Part shown: one piece after another, positions 15,361 through 22,028 of the stretch
How positions within the stretch are numbered: position 1 is the stretch's first letter
How the letters are laid out: every line of letters begins with the position of its first letter
NCBI GenBank assembly: GCA_030917065.1
Contig: JAUPVL010000042.1
Coordinates: forward strand, 2,419-26,418
DNA length: 24,000 bases
Direction of reading: 5' to 3'
Source of the DNA: Patescibacteria group bacterium
GTDB lineage: Bacteria > Patescibacteriota > Saccharimonadia > CAILAD01 > BJGX01
Position numbers and translations under genes: made by a program
Notes under the pieces: model-generated
Seen by the model: the letters and a program-made list of their open reading frames with translations, nothing else
Databases searched by the model: none
What the model was told of the DNA's origin: nothing

Positions 15361-15432
15361 AGGTTACAATATAATCTCTTTTGGTCGGGAAAGTCCCGAC
15401 TCACTCAGTGAGTAGCACCTTGGAGCAATCAA

Positions 15433-15885
15433 ATGGAAGATTTCAAAGAGTTGTTCGATCGGTTTCTGACCGTCGTGCGTGTGTCCAACGACATCCCTGA
15501 CGAGATGACTATCGAGGAGTTTCTGAGCAAGAAGTGGAACTTCTGCGACCCAAGCCCTTGCAACATGAGAGTGGAGGTCACTTGGGATGGCAGCTACTCC
15601 CTGTGGAGCCTTCGCTTCGACAGCACGGGTCGAGTCAACGATGAGCGCCTCTGGATCCGTCGCGACTGCACGCATGAGGAGGCCATCACCCAGGCCATCG
15701 GCCAAAATATGGGCGGCAACGTTGTCGAAATCTTGACCAAAGTCATCCCAGACATTCAGATGACCTCTGGGACTGGTGACGATTCGGAGGAGTTCTGGAT
15801 CGTTTGGGAGTGGTACAGCCCAATTTTCACCGGGAAGGAGGACAGTGGTCTGCAGGACGGAGATTGGCAAGAGGCCTTGCTCTAG
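15433..15885 (+). CDS. Hypothetical Trp-rich acidic 150-aa protein
   Basis: SD GGAG (15422-15425) with 7-nt spacing precedes ATG 15433. Third positions look mostly G/C by eye (not counted). Two tight 5' UTR hairpins lie at 15384-15400 and 15400-15412. It runs in the same direction as the flanking modules. The 187-aa antisense ORF 15364..15927 is treated as a shadow ORF. Confidence 0.6.
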   Translation: MEDFKELFDRFLTVVRVSNDIPDEMTIEEFLSKKWNFCDPSPCNMRVEVTWDGSYSLWSLRFDSTGRVNDERLWIRRDCTHEEAITQAIGQNMGGNVVEILTKVIPDIQMTSGTGDDSEEFWIVWEWYSPIFTGKEDSGLQDGDWQEALL

Positions 15886-15893
15886 AGAGTGCA

Positions 15894-15964
15894 AAGGTGA
15901 CCGCCGGCTACCTGTAAATGCCGGCACTCGGCTCGAGTCTTTTGACTCGAGCCCCTACCAAAGA
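15894..15964 (+). repeat. 3' module T, copy 2
   Basis: Sequence aaggtgaccgccggctacctgtaaatgccggcactcggctcgagtcttttgactcgagcccctaccaaaga. Hairpin a is conserved. Hairpin b is ggctcgagtc (15930-15939)/gactcgagcc (15944-15953), with two compensatory pair changes relative to copy 1. CTACC occurs at 15908-15912 and 15955-15959. Confidence 0.7.
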
Positions 15965-16007
15965 TATCAAGCACATTGATGCATTTGGTAAGAAATCAAT
16001 AATATAC

Positions 16008-16036
16008 TTGACATAAGAAGTTTAGTTTGGTATAAT
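16008..16036 (+). promoter_or_regulatory. Consensus promoter of the DHH-family gene
   Basis: TTGACA (16008-16013), a 17-nt spacer ending in TGg, then TATAAT (16031-16036). Confidence 0.6.
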
Positions 16037-16061
16037 ACTGCATTAATTAGACAAATTAGTT

Positions 16062-17171
16062 ATGCAACAAGAATTGACCCCCAAACAACAAACTGTAGAG
16101 CTTATCAAACAAGCCAACCACATACTGCTCGTTACTGGCAAAAACCCCAATAACGACCAGCTTAGTGCTATGGTAGCTCTGGAACTTATCCTGAAACGTG
16201 CAGGCAAACAAGTGAGTGCGATAGTCACTAGTGAACTACCCAAGGTAGCCAAGATACTAGACACCCACACCATTAGTAGAGATCTGACCGGTATAAGGGA
16301 TTTTGTAGTACGACTAGACACCACCAATGTAGAAGTAGACAAACTACGCTATGAGGTCAATGATAACAATATCGAAATAATAGTATCACCGTTTTCAGGC
16401 AATTTTACTTCCCAAGATGCTAGTTTTGACTACGGAGCATACAAATTTGACTTAGTGATAGTACTAGGAGTGAGCCAGATAGCACGTATAGACTCTATAC
16501 TCGAGCAAAACCCTACAATATTTGATGGGTTGCACTTGGTAAATATCGATTGCCATAGAAGCAACGAACAGTACGGTAGTGTGAACTTTGTAGACGCCGG
16601 TGCTAGTAGTGTTTGTGAGATGCTAGTAGGTATCATCGAGTCAGTTGCTCAAGGCATGATTGATTATCATGTAGCAACAGCATTACTTGCCGGTATCATG
16701 GGAGCAACTCAGGGATTTACAAATCAAAACACCTCTGCCAAGAGTCTTACTATAGCTGCCCAGATGATGAGTGGTGGTGCCAAGCAACAAGATATAGTCA
16801 ATACATTGTTTGCAGGGCAATCAAATACTGCCAACACTGAGAGCAATAGAGCTGATCGCAATAATGCCAAGACAGAGCTCAAATCACATCAATCAAAAAA
16901 TATCCGCAAAGATGAGCCAAAAGCACAAGAAACTATTGCCCAAAAACTAGCCAAACAAGGTATAGAGCTCACCGAAGAAGGTGTCGTAGATGCCAGGACA
17001 GGCAAGGTACTAGAAGAAGAAGTATTGGATGATGACTTGGACAAAATAAACGATGGGGATGAGCAGAGCTCAAAAAAGTTCAAAAATCCGCAAGCGGATC
17101 AGTCGCACCAGGAAACTTCAAGGGCAAATACACATCAGCAGGCATCCAAGGGCTCTAAAAAAAACCGATAA
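16062..17171 (+). CDS. NrnA-like DHH-domain protein with degenerate catalytic motifs and a low-complexity C-terminal tail
   Basis: It is collinear with B. subtilis NrnA (recalled from memory), but key residues are replaced. ILLVTGKNPNNDQLSAM stands where NrnA has HRHVRPDPDAYGS. VIVLGVSQ replaces VIVCDTAN, NIDCHRSN replaces KIDHHPNE, and GIMGATQGF replaces GIVGDTGRF. There is no DHHA1 GGGH domain; about 130 residues of K/Q/E/N-rich tail take its place. Confidence 0.6.
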   Translation: MQQELTPKQQTVELIKQANHILLVTGKNPNNDQLSAMVALELILKRAGKQVSAIVTSELPKVAKILDTHTISRDLTGIRDFVVRLDTTNVEVDKLRYEVNDNNIEIIVSPFSGNFTSQDASFDYGAYKFDLVIVLGVSQIARIDSILEQNPTIFDGLHLVNIDCHRSNEQYGSVNFVDAGASSVCEMLVGIIESVAQGMIDYHVATALLAGIMGATQGFTNQNTSAKSLTIAAQMMSGGAKQQDIVNTLFAGQSNTANTESNRADRNNAKTELKSHQSKNIRKDEPKAQETIAQKLAKQGIELTEEGVVDARTGKVLEEEVLDDDLDKINDGDEQSSKKFKNPQADQSHQETSRANTHQQASKGSKKNR

Positions 17172-17356
17172 GTCCTCTCGTAAGAGCATATCTTTGGTAT
17201 TTAGAGAACTAATATTAACAACCAAGAGCATTGCTTAAATACCTAGCTTAGCAAATTATCTGCTAGACAATCATCCCAGAGTATAGTAGGATATATCAGT
17301 TCTATAACCTTAGAACTTTCATTTCTGGCAACAGAAACAGATCGAGGAGGAATAGA

Positions 17357-17581
17357 ATGTCCTTACTCTGCGAACATACTCAGGCATTGCTGTTTGGTAG
17401 AAATATCACAATATGCGGCCATTGTCGTAAGAGGATTGTAACCCAGAAGGGAAGAAGAAGTTGCCCAAATTGCCATACAGTATTTCTGTACTGTGCATCC
17501 GACAGTCGTCAGCTCGGAGGGTCTGGAGATGAATTGGCGAGAGAGTACTTCCCTGATCTTGTGTATCAAGGAAGCATATAG
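17357..17581 (+). CDS. Small zinc-ribbon protein (74 aa), hypothetical
   Basis: A strong SD GAGGAGG lies 7 nt before ATG 17357. Two CxxC pairs (CGHC ... CPNC) fit a zinc ribbon. It sits in a 540-bp intergenic gap. Confidence 0.5.
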   Translation: MSLLCEHTQALLFGRNITICGHCRKRIVTQKGRRSCPNCHTVFLYCASDSRQLGGSGDELAREYFPDLVYQGSI

Positions 17582-17727
17582 ATAACAATTTGAAGAGCAA
17601 ATACTGGATAATTATTTGCTATTCATACCTACTAATCAATGCTTCTCAGATAAAATCCCGATCTTAAATACATAGCGATCGGGACAACTCCTAAGTCCAG
17701 TAGGTTATACTGGTTTTGGAAGTTGTT

Positions 17728-18363
17728 ATGATATTTGAACCAGGTATATATTTAGTGAATAAACCCAGAGGCAGAAGTAGTTTCAGTATAGTGGCGCAAG
17801 TACGCCGACTTAGTGGTATCAAAAAGGTAGGTCATGCCGGCACGCTCGACCCCGAAGCTGAGGGGCTACTGATAGTATTGGTGGGTAAAGACTACACGAG
17901 ACAATCTGACAAGTTTCTCAAGCTAGATAAGACCTATCAGTTTGACGTAAAACTTGGTGAAAACAGTTCTACAGGTGATGAAGAAGGCACAAAGACCAAG
18001 CTAAGCTCACTAGAGCCCGATATTAATACCATCAAGACCGCTACAAGCCGTTTTGTCGGTGAAATATTGCAAACCCCTCCACAATACAGTGCCATCAAGA
18101 TAAACGGCCAAAGAGCCTACAAAAGCGCCCAAAAAGGCATAAAAGTAGATATAAAACCGAGAAGTATCACCATCAATCATCTCAAACTGATCAGCTATAA
18201 GTATCCAGTATTGAGCCTTGAGGCAGATGTCAGCTCTGGCACTTATATAAGATCGCTCGCTGAAGATATCGGTAAGGAATTAAAAACAGGGGGATATTGC
18301 ACGAAGATAGTCAGAACTCGCATAGGTGATTATTATCTTAAAGATGCAATAACACTTGATTAA
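17728..18363 (+). CDS. truB: tRNA pseudouridine(55) synthase, short form without a PUA domain
   Basis: GIYLVNKPRGRSSFSIV ... KKVGHAGTLDPEAEGLLIVLVGK includes the catalytic Asp motif, plus QTPPQYSAIKINGQRAYK. I prefer ATG 17728; the track ORF starts at TTG 17716. Confidence 0.9.
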   Translation: MIFEPGIYLVNKPRGRSSFSIVAQVRRLSGIKKVGHAGTLDPEAEGLLIVLVGKDYTRQSDKFLKLDKTYQFDVKLGENSSTGDEEGTKTKLSSLEPDINTIKTATSRFVGEILQTPPQYSAIKINGQRAYKSAQKGIKVDIKPRSITINHLKLISYKYPVLSLEADVSSGTYIRSLAEDIGKELKTGGYCTKIVRTRIGDYYLKDAITLD

Positions 18364-18395
18364 ATCTCTTAAATCTGCTACTATAAGGTAATCAT

Positions 18396-18662
18396 ATGTT
18401 AGCTAAAACTACGAAGAAGAAAGTAATAACTGCGCACTCATCGCACAAAAAAGATACCGGCTCTGCAGAAGTACAGATAGCTTTGTTTACTGCAAAGATA
18501 AATGAACTCACTGAACATCTCAAAGAGCACAAAAAAGACAATCACTCTAGAAGAGGATTGCTCGCGATGGTGAGTAAAAGACGTAGACTACTTGACTACT
18601 TACAGCGTAAAAGCCCCGAGCGATATGCCGCGGTGATAAAAAAACTCAAATTACGTCGCTAG
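18396..18662 (+). CDS. rpsO: 30S ribosomal protein S15
   Basis: [48 protein letters not shown] is typical S15. The conserved rpsO-pnp linkage supports the call. Confidence 0.95.
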   Translation: MLAKTTKKKVITAHSSHKKDTGSAEVQIALFTAKINELTEHLKEHKKDNHSRRGLLAMVSKRRRLLDYLQRKSPERYAAVIKKLKLRR

Positions 18663-18827
18663 TAATATAGTCCAAAACATCTAGACATATGTGATTGAAA
18701 ATAGAATAATTAAACTATTCACGTGGTTGGTGATAGAGTTGTCTGATTATAAAATGTGTTCATGTTTATAATAAAATAACTCTCTTATCGAACAGTGGAT
18801 GTTTGAAGAAGGAAAAACTATAAATTT

Positions 18828-20972
18828 ATGAATATTATTCACCCTTTTGGTGGTAAACAAATAAAACTAAATACTGAATTTGCTGGTAAAAAGCTGGAAT
18901 TTGAAACAGGCCAAATGGCGTTTCGAGCTGACGGTGCTGTGACTGTACGCTATGGTGATACAGTGATATTGGCAACTGCCGTGGTGGCACCAAAACCCAA
19001 ACCAGAGACTGACTTTTTTCCGCTACTTATTGATTATGAAGAACGGATGTATGCTAGCGGAAAGATTTCTGGCAGTAGATTTATGAAGCGCGAGGGTAGG
19101 CCAAGCGACCAAGCAATACTTACTAGTAGGCTTATAGATAGACCTATTCGTCCACTGTTTCCCAAAGGATTCCGTAATGATGTGCAAGTAATGGTAACAG
19201 TACTAAGCGCAGACCTAGTGCACGAGCCAGATGTGATTGCAGTGATTGCAGCTAGTACGGCGCTCATGCTTACAGGCGTACCATTTGACGGCCCCGTAGC
19301 AGCAGCTCGAATAGGCCAAATAGACGGTAAACTAGTGGTAAACCCAACTGTTCAAGAACAAGAAAAAAGCGATCTCAACCTAACAGTAGCAGGTACAGGC
19401 GATGCCATCATGATGGTTGAAGCTGCAGCTGTAGAAGCAGATGAAAACGTTGTCACAAAAGGCTTAGACCTGGCTCTTAAGAGCTGGCAACCGGTCATCA
19501 AATTGCAACAAGAGCTCGCTACTAAGATGGACATCAAGCCCATGGAGTACGAGGTATTTGATAAAAACGATGAAGTATATGATAAGATATCCAAATTCTT
19601 GGAGGCAGACCTAGGTGATAGTATTCGTCATGAGAACAAACAGGTACGACACGAGGCCATAGCAGAGCTGGAAGCCAAGGTATTGCAAGAATTCGGTACC
19701 CTGCCTGAAGAAGTGCAAGACGATGGCAAGCAACGATACTCTCACAATGATATATCAGTAGCTTTTGAAAAACTTATCGATACCGAGGTACGCAAAGCTA
19801 TACTCAGTGATGGTTTGCGGCCAGACAATCGCAAAACTACCGAGGTAAGACCTATCTCTACAGCCGTCTCTGTACTACCAAGAACTCACGGATCCGCGTT
19901 ATTTACACGCGGTACTACACAAGGACTTAGTGTTACTACACTTGGTTCTGTATCTGACGCTCAATTGGTAGATACTATGGAAGAAGACACCACCAAGCGC
20001 TATATGCATCATTACAATTTTCCGCCATACAGCACTGGAGAAGCAAGACCCGTAAGATCTACCGGACGCCGTGAAGTAGGTCACGGATACCTGGCTGAGA
20101 AAGCGTTGCTACCTGTTCTACCTACTGTAGAAGATTTCCCTTACACTATAAGAGTAGTAAGTGAGATGCTTAGTAGCGCCGGATCTACTTCGATGGCTGC
20201 AGTATGTGGTAGTACGTTGACGCTTATGGACGCCGGTGTACCGATAAAAGAACCTGTTTCTGGTGTGGCTATGGGCTTAATGATAGATCATGAGAACCCT
20301 AAAAAATACGTGATTCTTACTGACATCCAGGATGCCGAAGATTTTGCCGGTGATATGGACTTCAAGGTAGCTGGTACCAAGAAGGGCATTACTGCCTTGC
20401 AGATGGACATAAAAGTCAAAGGTATTTCTTCAGAGATCATGTCTAAAGCACTAGAACAAGCCAAAGAGGGCAGGATGCACATTATGACAGAGATGTTAAA
20501 AGCTATCGCAAAGCCTCGCGATGAAGTTAGTCAATATGCTCCTAGAATTACCAAGATATCTATCAACCCAGAGAAAATACGAGAAGTTATTGGTAAGGGT
20601 GGAGAGACTATCCAAAAGATTACTGCAGAGACTGGTGTTGAAATAGACATAGAGGATTCTGGGCTGGTACTTATCTATTCCGAAGATGAATCCAAGGCCA
20701 ATGCGGCAAAAGAATGGATAGAATCTATCACGGCTGAAGCAGAGATCGGCAAGACGTACAAAGGGAAAGTAATAAGAGTGATGGACTTCGGTGCCTTTGT
20801 TGAAATAATGCCTGGTCAAGAAGGACTCGTGCATATCAGTCAATTTTCCGACACACATGTTGAAAATATTCATGATGTAGTGAAAGAAGGAGATGAGTTT
20901 ATGGTCAAACTCACTGAAATAGACGATAAAGGTAGACTCAACCTATCTAAAAAACAAGCCGAGAATGGATAG
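18828..20972 (+). CDS. pnp: Polyribonucleotide nucleotidyltransferase (PNPase)
   Basis: Two RNase PH-like domains (FFPLLIDYEERMYASGKISGSRFMKREGRPS; GRREVGHGYLAEKAL), a KH domain (VIGKGGETIQKI) and an S1 domain (GKVIRVMDFGAFVEIMPGQEGLVHISQ). Confidence 0.95.
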   Translation: MNIIHPFGGKQIKLNTEFAGKKLEFETGQMAFRADGAVTVRYGDTVILATAVVAPKPKPETDFFPLLIDYEERMYASGKISGSRFMKREGRPSDQAILTSRLIDRPIRPLFPKGFRNDVQVMVTVLSADLVHEPDVIAVIAASTALMLTGVPFDGPVAAARIGQIDGKLVVNPTVQEQEKSDLNLTVAGTGDAIMMVEAAAVEADENVVTKGLDLALKSWQPVIKLQQELATKMDIKPMEYEVFDKNDEVYDKISKFLEADLGDSIRHENKQVRHEAIAELEAKVLQEFGTLPEEVQDDGKQRYSHNDISVAFEKLIDTEVRKAILSDGLRPDNRKTTEVRPISTAVSVLPRTHGSALFTRGTTQGLSVTTLGSVSDAQLVDTMEEDTTKRYMHHYNFPPYSTGEARPVRSTGRREVGHGYLAEKALLPVLPTVEDFPYTIRVVSEMLSSAGSTSMAAVCGSTLTLMDAGVPIKEPVSGVAMGLMIDHENPKKYVILTDIQDAEDFAGDMDFKVAGTKKGITALQMDIKVKGISSEIMSKALEQAKEGRMHIMTEMLKAIAKPRDEVSQYAPRITKISINPEKIREVIGKGGETIQKITAETGVEIDIEDSGLVLIYSEDESKANAAKEWIESITAEAEIGKTYKGKVIRVMDFGAFVEIMPGQEGLVHISQFSDTHVENIHDVVKEGDEFMVKLTEIDDKGRLNLSKKQAENG

Positions 20973-21319
20973 AATTATGAAGGATATTTCTACGTCAAAA
21001 CTTCCGATTCTCGCTCTGCGTAGGCAAACTACGCTTCACTCTGATTCTCAGTTTTTCCTTGAACTACCTCTTCAAATTATATCCATAAATAATACCTAGT
21101 ATGTAATTCCAGACGCGTTCCGGTAAAGTACACCGGAATGTCACTGGGGAGACATCAAACCCTCTGCTTTGTAATAAGTTAGTATAAAAATGGATTATTT
21201 TGAGCTCAAAATTTACAATAATTTTAGAAGCATAGCCATAGCTACGTTGATAAAATTTTATAAATTTTGGGCCAAAAAAGACGTTTTTAGGCAAGTTATT
21301 GTAAGGCTGGGGGTTTGTA

Positions 21320-21898
21320 ATGAATACTGAAGATAAGCAAGCCAAGTTAGACACTATTGCATCGAAAATACTCGATAGGTCTTGCGGGCTCGATATCGCA
21401 AAATCATGTCTAAACCCAGTACCTGGAGATGGAGATCCGGACGCCCAGCTACTTTTTGTAGGTGAAGCACCCGGTGCCCAAGAAGACAAGCTAGGCAGGC
21501 CTTTTGTAGGTGCAAGTGGTAAATTTCTAGATGAGATGCTCAGTACTATCGGACTTAGGCGTGACGATGTATTTGTGACCAATATAGTCAAGTTTCGACC
21601 ACCCGACAATAGAGATCCATCCAAAGAAGAAATAGATATTTGCTTGCCTTATCTTTTGTCTCAAATCAAGATCATCCAGCCCAAGCTCATAATCTTTCTG
21701 GGTAGACATAGTATGAATGTGTTCTTACCCGAGCTAAAGATATCTGAAGCACATGGCAAGGTATACAAAAGATCTGGTATGGTGTTTTTGCCACTCTATC
21801 ATCCAGCAGCAGCCCTGTATAACGGTGGCATGAGACAAACCCTGATAGAAGATTTTTCAAAAATACCAAAAATCCTCAAGTCATTAACAACCAAATAG
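21320..21898 (+). CDS. Uracil-DNA glycosylase, family 4
   Basis: LLFVGEAPGAQEDKLGRPFVGASGKFLDEML, VFVTNIVKFRPPDNRDP and LYHPAAALY match family-4 UDG motifs. Confidence 0.85.
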   Translation: MNTEDKQAKLDTIASKILDRSCGLDIAKSCLNPVPGDGDPDAQLLFVGEAPGAQEDKLGRPFVGASGKFLDEMLSTIGLRRDDVFVTNIVKFRPPDNRDPSKEEIDICLPYLLSQIKIIQPKLIIFLGRHSMNVFLPELKISEAHGKVYKRSGMVFLPLYHPAAALYNGGMRQTLIEDFSKIPKILKSLTTK

Positions 21899-22028
21899 CA
21901 ATTCATTGCATTTCGTGTCGAGTTGAATCCTTCGACTTTACTCGAGATGACAATAAATTCATCAACATTATTAAAAAGGTCGATTGAACTAAATCAACCA
22001 TAAAACGAAAGGAATCTAATCAATATAT

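Noticed and set aside
15364-15927. 187-aa minus-strand ORF overlapping the 150-aa + strand ORF
   Set aside because: Its GTG start lies inside hairpin a of module T2 and there is no SD. It is antisense to an ORF that has an ATG and an SD. Long shadow ORFs are expected opposite high-GC3 genes.
15288-15964. Canonical integron attC sites or an integron cassette array
   Set aside because: The layout of ORFs followed by structured repeats is reminiscent of cassettes. However, the modules fold as two separate hairpins rather than one R''/L''-L'/R' bulged hairpin. There is no conserved GTTRRRY core at the boundaries, and no intI or attI lies in the window. I retain only the weaker cassette-like description.
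8059-15964. GC-rich islands as assembly chimeras or host-DNA contamination
   Set aside because: Each island is embedded between backbone genes on both sides within one contig. Islands are joined to backbone-style promoters and terminators, and in two cases bounded by shared terminators with backbone genes. Misassembly cannot be formally excluded without reads.
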